This document shows, piece after piece, positions 24,069-45,200 of a DNA stretch of 64,000 bases. How positions within the stretch are numbered: the first letter of the stretch is position 1; each line of letters opens with the position of its first letter. Source of the stretch: Macrostomum lignano (lineage: Eukaryota); assembly GCA_002269645.1 (NCBI GenBank), contig NIVC01000426.1:434001-498000 (forward strand), written 5' to 3'. A program made the position numbers and the translations under genes. Below the pieces are notes generated by a model. That model was not told the DNA's origin and ran no database searches. It was given only the letters and a program-made list of their open reading frames with translations.

Positions 24069-25109
24069 TTGCTTATCGGAATTGACCGCCTGTCTGCATC
24101 GATTCGGTAAGCTTTGAATAGGCTTTTATAATTAACTGGGGGGGGGGGCTGCCGTTCAGCGTGCGGCGACACGCGGTCACATGAGCTATTTTTAGGCATT
24201 ACCAGTTTGCTAATTGGTCCTTACCTGCCGAGATGTGAAACTCTACAGCAAGTCACGACACGTCGTTGTATTCTATTTTTAGATCAATTATTAGTGTTGT
24301 AATCATATTTGAGATTTTTCAATTTTTGTTCTAAGAATTATTGGGTAAATTTTATGCAGATAGTTTTATTTTGACAAGTTAGCTATAGGTCTCTTTTTTA
24401 AGCAGAATAATTTTTTGCACAAAGTCACTTGAAACTCGTGTGGAGTTTACAAAATTGATTGTTAAATTATGGAACAAAAATGATTTTTAAGCAATGAAAA
24501 CTGCCAGGTTTAATAGAGAAAACTGTTTACCTCTAGTCTGATTTTAGTAACCCTCACTTTGTTTGATTCGTGGCATAGAAAGCATTCTATAATTTTCTAT
24601 AGCACTATTTATTTATAGCAGCGTTTAAGCTTCAGTATGCCTTCCGCCCAAATATTGGTGTTATTCAGCGGGGCTGTCTTCAAAAATTGCAGCTGTCCAA
24701 CTGTTTCTGCGGTCCTGCAGGGGATCCAACCCATTAAGGGCAGCAGGGCATAGACGGTTAGCGTCTCCAGATGCACTGCACCTCTCGCGGGCATATTAAT
24801 TTACAGCGTCGATGGACTCTTATTTTATTGCTTATAATTAATCAAGGACCGGCCGCTTATGTACAGTGTACATGCATGCACACAAAATTCTTCAAGAAGC
24901 GGAAAAGAGCCCCATATCGGGAAACCGATATATCGATCAATTGCCTTCTTCTGCCAAGTAAGCTAGCTTCGCTTTTTGACAATGGTTTTAAATTTGCACT
25001 ATGCATGCCAGGACCACTATTGTAAAACAGAATGTAAAACTCAAATATCGTGTAATTTTTAAGGGCTAATTCTTAGAAAAAAATACAACTGCGGAGATAG
25101 GAAAAAATG

Positions 25110-25330
25110 CATAAGCGTAGGAATGTTTCAAAATGTGAGTTGGGGGCAGGTTCAGTTGCGGATTTAGGGGGGGGGGGGCGGCGCACGCCTCCGTCGAGTT
25201 AGATTTTTTGTATGGAAAATGCACATTACCATGTACCGATTATTTTCAGAATCCGTCTTGTCAGCACACATTTTATAAAGTGGGGGGGGGGCCATGGCCC
25301 CACTGTCCCCCCGCAATTCCTACGCCTATG
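25110..25330. mobile_element. Putative MITE with 15-bp TIRs
   Basis: CATAAGCGTAGGAAT at 25110 and ATTCCTACGCCTATG ending 25330 (14/15 complementary); G-run interior; TSD unclear. Confidence 0.5.
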
Positions 25331-26199
25331 AAAAAATACTTTTTGTCACAAAATCAATGCATGCAGATTGCATTAATTTATCTGGGGACGTGAAGATTAC
25401 CATTAGCTTTTAATTTAACAAGCACAAAATGTTGCTCGGTTGCATTTTGTGTAGTTGTTTAGTGAATGTTTCATTTTCGTAATTTTTCTTTTTACTTCAT
25501 AAGCCCAAGCCAAAGTTGTAAATACAACTTTAGTGCAATTGAATTTATACCACTACACAGCAGAGGCCTTTGTAGTGATAGGACATATTACTGTCATGAT
25601 TTTGAAACAAGGGTTTCTTTTGCTAAAATTCAGATCGCTTAGCCACTGATAAATTTGATCGGCTAACTACAATAATAATCGCCCTATGCATAATTGCAAT
25701 TGATTTCGTAAAGTATTCATGACCATTTAGGCCTTGAATCGTTGAGTTGAAGAGCTGAAGGTTAAATATTTTGCTATTAAAGAATCCTTGAGCTTTTAAG
25801 TACTATCTATAGTATATGCATAGCAGCTGTTTCCTGGAACGCTTTATTTTGTTTTAAAATCTGAATGGGTAAAATACCGTATTTTCAAAATGATCATAAA
25901 ACAGCTATAAGTCCCGCGGTGACTCTCTCTCGTTACTAACTAGTCTGTACATTTTAGTTTGTGAATTATGATTATGATTATCTATTAACTTTAAAATTTT
26001 GTCTATTTTTTAGCAATACTTAAAAATATTTTTTTCTTTGATAAGATCAATACGAAGTTTCAAATAAATAAGTCACTGAGTCACTGAGTGAGACTAGTTT
26101 AAAAGTTGGCAGAATTTTAGACAAGCCTAATAAGGCTAAATTTTTTGAGCATAAATTTTCAGAACGCAATTAAGCAATAAGAATATCAGCTGCTCCAAA

Positions 26200-34486
<8,287 letters not shown>

Positions 34487-35679
34487 TTGAGCTAGTCTTA
34501 ACAATCTACCTATGAGCATAAAGCATAACTGCTAGCCTTTGATGTTTTTTGATTTGTGTACTTCAATTGACCCAAAACTGACATTATTTAGATATATAAT
34601 ACTTTAAGTAGTTCACGTGTGCCAAACAGAACATTTCTAAACGCTCTGCTGCTAGATTTAATCTGACTCTAATCAAAATGCAGCTTTTTATTATGAGTAG
34701 TTTATTTGTGTTTTCTCTATTTAATTTATTTGTTTGCCTTGAGCGTTGCTAAAAAAATCTTGCAATTTTTTAGGTAAACAGCGAGAGTAACTATGACTAT
34801 ATTTGAATGGTTGAATAGCTTGTCATCTAATTAGTTTTTTCCTACGACAAAAACGAACAAAAGATTTATTGTTAGATTAAAGAAACTGCACAGTATATGG
34901 CAGTCGCTTTTCTGTTCTCGTTGTATTGATCTCTTGGTGGGCACTCAGCAACTCGTTTTTGTATTAAAGATTAAACAGCTGACTTCTTTGCGCTTATGGA
35001 TAAAATATACTTAAATAATTCTTTTGGCCTACTTTCGAGCCCAGCATTGTTCTGCTATCTCAACTTCTGATATGCTAGGTATGTATTGTACGTTTATTCA
35101 ACGAAGTGCCCAAACTAAGCACTAGACCAGTCTTTTTACAGATCCAGAATAGAGCAAGAACTCATAAAGATCGCAATGTCCCAATCTTGTTGAGCACTAA
35201 ATCTTATTAATGAACTTCCTTCATTCGTTTAATTTCTGCTTTTTTCGGTTCATGGAAGGGTTTTTTCTTCATTTTAAATTCAAATTGGTGCCAGTAAAAC
35301 ACTAGTATAAGTAGTATAGTAGCACTTCGAATTTTGTGGTTTATTTTTATTTTTTGTCAGACGGTTGTTTTCTGCCATTGATTTTCTCATTTTCTCTACA
35401 TTTTTCAAGTTTGAATTACCAGTATCAGTAGAATCTCCTCATAGAAACGGTGTTTGCAACGCTTTTGTTTAAAGTCAACTCAATAAAAATCGCACAATTT
35501 CAAAAAAACTTCTGTTGGAAGGTACTTTACTTGTTTATTATTTGTCATTCCAGTCTTGAAGTTTTCGCTAGTTAGGCATAATAATTAGCATTGTATCACT
35601 CCGGCCTGTTCCGAAAATCACCACTGAATCATATCTAATAAATCGTCTTTGAATTACTTCGGAAGAATCTCATGTCTAT

Positions 35680-36165
35680 GGAGAATCGCCCCTGAATCAA
35701 GTCTATAGAGAATCACCGCTGAATCATGTCTATAAATAATCGCCACTGAATCATGTCTATAGAAAATCGCCCCTGAATCAAATCTTATAAAGAATCGCCC
35801 CTGAATTAAGTCTATAAAGAATCGCCCCTAAATCAAGTCTATAAAGAATCGCCCCTGAATCAAATCAATAGAGAATCGCCCCTGAATCAAGTCTATAGAG
35901 AATCGCCCCTGAATCAAGTCTATAGAGAATCGCCCCTGAATCAAGTCTATAGAGAATCGCCCCTTAATCAAGTCTATAGAGAATCGCCCCTGAATCAAGT
36001 CTATAGAGAATCGCCCCTGAATCAAGTCTATAGAGAATCGCCCCTGAATCAAGTCTATAGAGAATCGCCCCTGAATCAAGTCTATAGAGAATCGTCTCTG
36101 AATCAAGTCTATAGAGAATCGCCCCTGAATCAGTATATAAAGAATCGACTCTGAAAATCGCCCTT
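35680..36165. repeat. 27-bp minisatellite AGAGAATCGCCCCTGAATCAAGTCTAT, ERGIC1-CHCHD2 spacer
   Basis: ~17 copies. Confidence 0.96.
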
Positions 36166-36331
36166 ATTTTTGTCATGCCTTCAAGTTCTATAGAAGATTC
36201 TTAGGTTCCAGGGTTAACCTGGAAGGTTCCAGGGTTAGAAGAATTAAATAGCCATTTTAATCCGAGGCCGAGTCATTGCGCAATCTCATTCGCTGCATGC
36301 TCGCAAGTCTCTCACCTATTAATTATTAACA

Positions 36332-36769
36332 ATGGGTCGCAGATCTGGAGGAGGAGGCGGTGGCGGCGGCTTCATGCGCAGGCCGGCCGCCCCGCCACTG
36401 GCCGCTCCGCGGCCCAGCAACAATGTGCCAGCCGCTAGGCCGCCGGCACAGCCCGCCCCGGCTGCATCGGCCCCCTCGGGCGGCGGCGGCTTCCTGTCGA
36501 ACATGGCATCCACAGCCGGCGGAGTGGCCATCGGGCACACCATCGGACACGCCATCACTGGCAGCTTCGGCGGCAGCGGCGGAGCTGTCGAATCTGCCGC
36601 TGACCCGGGTGCTGCCCAGCAGCAGCAGCAGCAGCAGCCCTGCCAATACGAGATGGAGCAGCTAATGAACTGCAGCGTTAACCAGCAGGATATTAGCCTG
36701 TGCGCCGGCTATAGCGAGATTCTTAAACAATGCCGACAGCGCTTCGGCACCGGGGCTCAGTGGCAGTGA
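36332..36769 (+). CDS. CHCHD2: CHCHD2/CHCHD10-family mitochondrial protein, 145 aa, intronless
   Basis: Arg/Pro/Ala N-terminus, GGGFLSNMASTAGGVAIGHTIGHAITGSFGG helix, twin CX9C (PCQYEMEQLMNC, LCAGYSEILKQC). Confidence 0.93.
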   Translation: MGRRSGGGGGGGGFMRRPAAPPLAAPRPSNNVPAARPPAQPAPAASAPSGGGGFLSNMASTAGGVAIGHTIGHAITGSFGGSGGAVESAADPGAAQQQQQQQPCQYEMEQLMNCSVNQQDISLCAGYSEILKQCRQRFGTGAQWQ

Positions 36770-37184
36770 GCGATTCAATTAGCCACCAAAATGGAACTTG
36801 TCTGTTCAGTTAGATAAAAAAGAGAAGCAGTTAGCCGTAGTAGTAATAGTAGTAGTAGTAGCTGTGACACCTTGAATTTGTGTTTATCCAGAGTAAAAAA
36901 GTCCTGGTCAATATTTAAGCTTACTAAACTATATGCACTATTCTACTAACAGTAGTGTAATGAACATTTATCCAGCATATTTTCTACCATCGTTATTGTT
37001 TTCTCAAGAACTTGTTCAACAAAAGCGAATAATTAACATAAACGTCGCCAATGAGATTAAAATAGAAGCAAATGCACTGGCTAAAGCGCTGTCAACTTTG
37101 TCCTGCGTAAGTTGATGTCTTTTTCTCAGTTATTTTCTTAGTATTAAGAAATGGTCATGCAGTTTTGTGATACCAATTTGTTCC

Positions 37185-38030
37185 TTTAGTTCCTCCTGTC
37201 TTCACTTTCCCTGTCCTTCATTATTCTTCTGTCCTTTTGTTCCCATATCCTCATGTGATTCAGTTCCCATATCCTTCAGTTCCTCCTGTCCTTCAGTTCC
37301 TCCTGTCCTTCAGTTCCTCCTGTCCTTCAGTTCCTCCTGTCCTTCAGTTCCTCCTGTCCTTCAGTTCCTCCTGTCCTTCAGTTCCTCCTGTCCTTCAGTT
37401 CCTCCTGTCCTTCAGTTCCTCCTGTCCTTCAGTTCCTCCTGTCCTTCAGTTCCTCCTGTCCTTCAGTTCCTCCTGTCCTTCAGTTCCTCCTGTCCTTCAG
37501 TTCCTCCTGTCCTTCAGTTCCTCCTGTCCTTCAGTTCCTCCTGTCCTTCAGTTCCTCCTGTCCTTCAGTTCCTCCTGTCCTTCAGTTCCTCCTGTCCTTC
37601 AGTTCCTCCTGTCCTTCAGTTCCTCCTGTCCTTCAGTTCCTCCTGTCCTTCAGTTCCTTCTGTCCTTCAGTTCCTCCTGTCCTTCAGTTCCTCCTGTCCT
37701 TCAGTTCCTTCTGTCCTTCAGTTCCTCCTGTCCTACAGTTCCCCTTATCTCCTCTCCTGTCCTTAAGTTCCCTTATCTTTCAGTTCCTCCTGTCCTTCAG
37801 TTCTTCCTGTCCTACAGTTCCCCTTATCTCCTCTCCTGTCCTTAAGTTCCCTTATCTTTCAGTTCCTCCTGTCCTTCAGTTCCTCCTGTCCTTCGTTTCC
37901 TCCTGTCCTTCAGTTCCTCCTGTCCTTCAGTTCCTCCTGTCCTTCAGTTCCTCATCCTTCAGTTCCTCGTCCTTCAGTTCCTCGTCCTTCAGTTCCTCAT
38001 CCTTCAGTTCCTCCTGTCCTTCAGTTGCCA
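37185..38030. repeat. 17-bp pyrimidine-rich minisatellite CCTTCAGTTCCTCCTGT, CHCHD2-CHMP3 spacer
   Basis: ~45 copies. Confidence 0.97.
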
Positions 38031-38217
38031 TTTTCCCCAGTCCTTAATTCTTCAGCAATTCTGAAGCTAAATAGGTGCTAAACACTGCATTCTAGTCTAG
38101 ATCTAAATTCCTGCACTTTCTCATGCTAAATTCATGTCAAACTCGTCCCAGTGCTTAACCGCGAAAGCTATTAGCCAAGTCCTGTAAACCACATTCCCCT
38201 ACAAAGCGAAGCAAAGC

Positions 38218-39587
38218 ATGGGCCTCTTCGGCGAGAAACCCAAAGACCCGAAGGAGCAGGTTCGCGAGATGAAGTCTAAGCTGCGTAAAGAGGGCTACAG
38301 ACTCGACCGAGACATTAATGCTATACAACGCAAGCAGAAAACTGCCGAGGCGGAAATTAAAAAGTATTGCAAATCTGGCAATAAATCAGCCGCCATGGTG
38401 GTTGCCAAGGAGGTGCTGCAGACGCGCAAAGCTGTTGGCCGATTGTACGCCGCCAAGGCCCAGATGAACTCCGTGATGATGGAGATGGACCACCAGCTGG
38501 CTGTCACCCGGATGGCCGGAGCTATGCAAAAGAGTACCGAGGTGTGTGATGCGTGCTAGCACTATCGATGAACATTTGAGTGCCCGACTGTCTTCATCGC
38601 ACCTTATGTTTTTAGACATGAGTAGGCTGAGTGCAGTTTTTTTATTTACATACAGTAGCTGGGGCGAGTCATTGAAGCTAATGGGCTAATATGTACGAGC
38701 GGCTCAATGAAACAAAACCTATAAACCATTGACTTGATTAACTAATGACTAAACAAGTTTGTCACCTGTAGAGATTTGAGCCTTAACCACACAGTGTTCA
38801 TGTGACAGTTCTTTCATGATGTAAGACAACAATCTTACATCATTCATGTCGTGTATCCCAAGGTTGGGAGTTTTGGCCATAGACTAACCATGCACAGAGT
38901 GAAGGAGCAAGCAACACAAGCCATGGACTCACCAACTGGAAGTTAAAATGTATCTTCGATTCTGTGGCTAATCGAGTAAATTGTTTACACGTTTTATTAC
39001 ATATTGGCCCATTTTTGTGTAAATTTTTTAACCTGATAAACAGATGCACAGATTTGAAGGGTCTCGCTAGAAAGCCTACAGTGGTATAAAAATAGGCAGT
39101 TTGGCAAAGAGCAGCAGGCACTCTAATCTCTGGTTCCAGATGCCTGGGCTCCATCTACACGCAGATCAATCGCCAACTCTAGTGCTCTTTTTATGTCATT
39201 TAGTTATAAATCGCTTTTACTATCGCCAATCAACAGGTGATGCATGCCATGCAGAAGCTGGTCAAGGTGCCGGAGATCCAGCAGACTATGATGGAGATGA
39301 GCCGCGAGATGACCAAAATGGGCATCATGGACGAAATGATGGAGGACGCTATGAGCGACGTGCTTGGCGACGACGATCAATTGGAAGCTGACGCCGACAA
39401 GGAGGTTGACAAGGTCCTATTTGACTTGACTAACGGCGTGATGGGCACCGCGCCAGACGCTGTCCAGGATCGTCTGCCAGACGCCGCCGCCGATGCGGCC
39501 GCGGCCGGAGCCACCGGAGGCGCCGAGCCAGAAGAGGAGGAGGACATGGACGCTATGCGGGATCGGCTAGCCGCGCTTCGATCCTAA
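38218..39587 (+). CDS. CHMP3: CHMP3/Vps24 (ESCRT-III), ~224 aa; join(38218-38541,39237-39587)
   Basis: MGLFG...KDPKEQVRE start, AKAQMNSV, MAGAMQKSTE|VMHAMQKLVKVPEI, C-terminal MRDRLAALRS MIM; phase-0 GT-AG intron. Confidence 0.95.
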
Positions 39588-39769
39588 TCAGTTGCTGAAC
39601 GAATCTACTCCCTGCTTTGTTTGGGTATTGACTGCTCAGAGGCTTATAGAGGAGTAGATATTTGCTTATTGCTGGTTTATATAGCTGGATTTTTTATTTA
39701 TCAAAAACTTTTTTTCCTGAACGGACTGGATGTAAATGAAACTTTCACCAGAAATAACTGAAATCGATG

Positions 39770-40195
39770 GGACTCTCACCGGAAATACCGGAAGTACTCG
39801 TAGATAAAACTTCCACCGGAAATACCAGACTTGGATAGAACTCTCACCGGAAGTAGATAAAACTCTCACCGGAAATACCCGAAGTAGATAACTCTCACTG
39901 GAAATACCCGAAGTAGATAAAACTCTCACCGGAAATACCCGGAGTAGACAAAACTCTCACCGGAAATTCCGGAAGTAGATAAAACTCTCACCGGAAAATA
40001 CCGGATGTAGATAAAACTCTCACCGGAAATTCCGGAAGTAGATAAAACTCTCACCGGAAAATACCGGATGTAGATAAAACTCTCACCGGAAATTCCGGAA
40101 GTAGATAAAACTCACCGGAAAATACCGGATGTAGATAAAACTCTCACCGGAAATTCCGGAAGTAGATAAAACTCTCACCGGAAAATACCGAATAA
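39770..40195. repeat. 31/32-bp minisatellite GAAGTAGATAAAACTCTCACCGGAAATTCCG
   Basis: ~13 copies, alternating 31/32 dimers at the 3' end. Confidence 0.93.
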
Positions 40196-40628
40196 CCCTA
40201 GTTAGAAGTAACTAAACTAGAGACGGAACTCCCACTAGAAGAACCGGAAGTAGATGGAGCTTTCCCCGGAAGAGTCGAAAACGCAGAGAAAGTACCGGAA
40301 ACAGATGTAACTCCCATTCTAGCACTGTTCCTCACTGCAGATTCCAGCCTATGTTCTACAATGAAGAGCTAATACGGGTCGGAGTCGTTCTCCCTCAGTT
40401 TTTTATTCAGTTACATTTTTGAGCTTCAGTCCTGCTTAGAGATGTGCAGGTGTTGAGAAATATTGCTATGTATATTTTATACCTGAATGACTACTCCGTG
40501 TTTCATCAACAGCCGTATAGCCTCTGCCACACTAATTGAAAGTTTTCTGTACGTTTATTCCATCAATTATAACAAACACTATTTGCTACTGCAAGTAGCA
40601 ATCACAGATTCTAAATTGAAATAACTAA

Positions 40629-41045
40629 ATGGGCCACTCAGGCATGTATACTTAGTAAAACAGCTTTCTACTTTCAGTTCAGTAGCAAAGAAGAATACAT
40701 AAGCTTTTTTATAAAAAATAGAGGCAGCTAAAATGACTGATAAGTTTAGAATCTCAAACAAAAGCTTGCAGGCGAAAACAGCTTGCTAATTGGTTCAGCA
40801 GTAATGTACATTAGCCAGTCCACTGAAATGTACATGGCAGCTTTAGGCTGGAATTCCGAGAAAGGCAATAAAAATTGGGGCGGGGCGGGGGGTAGATTGG
40901 AAAGGCGCGGTTGGGGGGTTTTAGCTAGGGGGGGGGGGTAAGAGCCAATAAATGAGCCTTGGCTTTAAAAATACATTAAAATGCTTCTGTTTAGCTTACT
41001 ACTGAACTGAAAGTAGCTTACACGCAAATGTGCTAAGTGGCCCAT
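40629..41045. mobile_element. Degenerate foldback element/MITE
   Basis: ATGGGCCACT / AGTGGCCCAT ends and a 17-bp perfect inner pair TACTTTCAGTTCAGTAG / CTACTGAACTGAAAGTA. Confidence 0.5.
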
Positions 41046-41739
41046 CTAGTTATTCTAGTATCTAGTATCTAGTATCTGTGGTAACAATATAACATTGTAA
41101 TGTGCAGTTTTTACAATCAGTTTGAACATTAAAAAAATCCGCTCTTCTGTACATTTTGTTTAATTTTTCAATTCGTTGACGTTAGAATCAAGCTCTTCAT
41201 TTACTGTTCATTATCTTAATTTGTTGACAAGCCTCTTTAATTGCTCTTAATAGCCTATGTTTATTTGTGGTTTTAATAACTATTTTCCTTCTTGATAAAC
41301 GGGTAACGGTCATCTGTTACTGAAAGAGAGGGAGCCCTGTAAATACAAAACTTTCTTAAGAAATATAGTTCATAAGTATTTTTAACTGTGATATATGCTA
41401 TTCTTCAAGTACTGTACTACAGAAAAATGAAACTTCTGTGGCTCTGTGCTGCAGCAACCAACAAACTGTTTACTTTAAAGAATACAAATATATATCATTC
41501 AATTTATAATAAAAAACATTTATTTTCACATTACTGCTGATGCATTATGATGGCATGTAGCAATAATGCAATCGATTGTGTGATTTTTTTTTGAAAACTG
41601 AATTATTTTATTAAATCGTACATTTTTGAGTACTGTGGATTGTTTATCGATTAGATTGTCGGTAAACCACTGCAAGATGTTTCTTTGGCAAGGCAAAAAA
41701 TTAATTGTTACAGATTATTTTCACCCTCACCTCAATGTA

Positions 41740-42095
41740 CTTAGCTCTAAGCCAACCCCAATGCACTCACTCCAGCTCCAACTCAACCCCAATGTACTCA
41801 CTCCAGCTCTAAGCCAACCCAAATGCACTCACTCCAGCTCCAACTCAACCCCAATGTACTCACTCCAGCTCTAAGCCAACCCCAATGTACTCACTCCAGC
41901 TCTAAGCCAACCCCAATGTACTCACTTCAGCTCTAACCCAACCCCCAATGTACTCACTCCAGCTCTAACCCAACCCCCAATGTACTCACTCCAGCTCTAA
42001 CCCAACCCCAAATGTACTCACTCCAGCTCTAACCCAACCCCAAATGTACTCACTCCAGCTCTAACCCCACCCCAAATGTACTCACTTTAGCTCTT
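41740..42095. repeat. 31-bp minisatellite AATGTACTCACTCCAGCTCTAAGCCAACCCC
   Basis: ~11 copies, ending ~180 nt before the next ATG. Confidence 0.94.
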
Positions 42096-42277
42096 ACCCA
42101 TACTCGTATAGCTATAAATTTAAAATTTAATAGTGTCTTCTAGCTGCTAAAAATATTGCTTATTTTTTTAATTTTTAAATATAAAAATCTTTCAACTTGT
42201 GTTCCGATACTACTCAAAACCGCAGTAGTAATATTTGCGCGCGTTTATTTTGTTTCTTTTAACTATTCAACTATTGC

Positions 42278-45200
42278 ATGGCTAGCAAAGACGCTCAGCA
42301 ACAGCAGCTGTGCTATTTTTATCAGCGTGGCAACTGTCGCCATGGCAACCAGTGCCGATTCTTGCACGCTCGTCCCCCGGCACCGCTTGCAGCAGCAGCA
42401 GAATCATCAGTGGAAGGAGGTCCCGCCGTTGCCCGGGTAACCATCAGCACAGTCTGCTGGTATTTGAAACGCGACGGAGTCTGTCCCCATGGCGACCGGT
42501 GCCGGTTCAGCCACGACCTGAGCAGCGCCGTCAGGCAGGACAGCTCGAAGAGTTCTGCCAAGGCGCAGACGCTCCAAGCGTGCGTGTTCTACCAGCGCGG
42601 CAGTTGCAAGCGCGGCCAGAACTGCTGGTATCGGCATATTGATCCGGCGGGCGCCGCCCCGTTGGCTCAGGTGAGCAGCTTTATCTTCTACTCGGCAGAT
42701 AAACTGCTAGCTCGAAATTGCACGCATTCGAAAACGAGTAAAATTTACAGCTCGTAAGCTTGAAACTTCACAATGGGAATACCGTTACTTTACAAACGTT
42801 TAATTATGAAACTTAATTAGCTCGAATCTTCATCAGCTCAAAACTCCATTAGCTCAAAACTTCATTAGCTCAAACCTCCATTAGCTCAAAACTCCATTAG
42901 CTCAAAACTTCATTAGCTCAAAACTCCATTAGCTCAAAACTCCATTAGCTCAAAACTCCATTAGCTCAAAACTCCATTAGCTCAAACCTCCATTAGCTCA
43001 AAACTCCATTAGCTCAAAACTTCATTAGCTCAAAACTCCATTAGCTCAAAACTCCATTAGCTCAAAACTCCATTAGCTCAAAACTCCATTAGCTCAAACC
43101 TTCATTAGCTCAAAACTCCATTAGCTCAAAACTCCATTAGCTCAAAACTCCATTAGCTCAAAACTCTATTAGCTCAAAACTCCATTAGCTCAAAACTCCA
43201 TTAGCTCAAAACTCTATTAGCTCAAAACTCCATTAGCTCAAACCTTCATTAGCTCAAAACTCCATTAGCTCAAACCTTCATCAGCTCAAAACTCCATTAG
43301 CTCAAACCTTCATTAGCTCAAACCTTCATTAGCTCGAACCTTCATTAGCTCAAACCTTCATTAGCTCAAAACTCTATTAGCTCAAACCTTCATTAGCTCA
43401 AAACGCCATCAACTCAAAACTTAATTAGCTCAAACCTTCATTAGCTCAAAACTCAATTAGCTCAAAACTTCATTAGCTCAAACCTTCATTAGCTCAAACC
43501 TTCATTAGCTCAAACCTTCATCAGCTCAAACCTTCATTAGCTCAAACCTTCATTAGCTCAAACCTTCATTAGCTCAAACCTTCATCAGCTCAAACCTTCA
43601 TTAGCTCAAACCTTCATTAGCTCAAAACTCCATTAGCTCAAACCTTCATTAGCTCAAAACTCCATTAGCTCAAACCTTCATTAGCTCAAAACTCCATTAG
43701 CTCAAAACTCCATTAGCTCAAACCTTCATTAGCTCAAACCTTCATTAGCTCAAAACTCCATCAACTCAAAACTCAATTAGCTCAAAACTTCATTAGCTCA
43801 AACCTTCATTAGCTCAAAACTCCATTAGCTCAAACCTTCATCAGCTCAAAACTCCATTAGCTCAAAACTCCATTAGCTCGAACCTTCATTAGCTCAAACC
43901 TTCATTAGCTCAAAACTCCATTAGCTCAAACCTTCATTAGCTCAAAACGCCATCAACTCAAAACTTAATTAGCTCAAAACTTCATTAGCTCAAACCTTCA
44001 TTAGCTCAAAACTCAATTAGCTCAAAACTTCATTAGCTCAAAACTTCATTAGCTCAAACCTTCATTAGCTCAAACCTTCATTAGCTCAAAACTCCATCAG
44101 CTCAAACCTTCATTAGCTCAAACCTTCATTAGCTCAAAACTCCATCAGCTCAAACCTTCATTAGCTCAAAACTTCATTAGCTCAAAACTCCATTAGCTCA
44201 AACCTTCATTAGCTCAAAACTCCATTAGCTCAAACCTTCATTAGCTCAAAACTTCATTAGCTCAAAACTCCATTAGCTCAAAACTCCATTAGCTCAAAAC
44301 TCCATTAGCTCAAAACTCCATTAGCTCAAACCTTCATTAGCTCAAAACTCCATTAGCTCAAACCTTCATCAGCTCAAAACTCCATTAGCTCAAACCTTCA
44401 TTAGCTCGAACCTTCATTAGCTCAAACCTTCATTAGCTCAAAACTCCATTAGCTCAAACCTTCATTAGCTCAAAACGCCATCAACTCAAAACTTAATTAG
44501 CTCAAACCTTCATTAGCTCAAAACTCAATTAGCTCAAAACTTCATTAGCTCAAACCTTCATTAGCTCAAACCTTCATTAGCTCAAACCTTCATCAGCTCA
44601 AACCTTCATTAGCTCAAACCTTCATTAGCTCAAAACTCCATTAGCTCAAACCTTCATTAGCTCAAACCTTCATTAGCTCAAAACTCCATTAGCTCAAACC
44701 TTCATTAGCTCAAAACTCCATCAACTCAAAACTTAATTAGCTCAAACCTTCATTAGCTCAAAACTCCATTAGCTCAAAACTCCATTAGCTCAAACCTTCA
44801 TTAGCTCAAACCTTCATTAGCTCAAAACTCCATCAACTCAAAACTCAATTAGCTCAAAACTTCATTAGCTCAAACCTTCATTAGCTCAAAACTCAATTAG
44901 CTAAAAACTTCATTAGCTCAAAACTTCATTAGCTCAAACCTTCATTAGCTCAAACCTTCATTAGCTCAAAACTCCATCAGCTCAAACCTTCATTAGCTCA
45001 AACCTTCATTAGCTCAAAACTCCATCAGCTCAAACCTTCATTAGCTCAAAACTTCATTAGCTCAAAACTCCATTAGCTCAAACCTTCATTAGCTCAAAAC
45101 TTCATTAGCTCAAAACTCCATTAGCTCAAACCTTCATTAGCTCAAAACTCCATTAGTTTAAAACTTCATTAGCTCAAAACTCCATTAGCTCAAAACTCCA

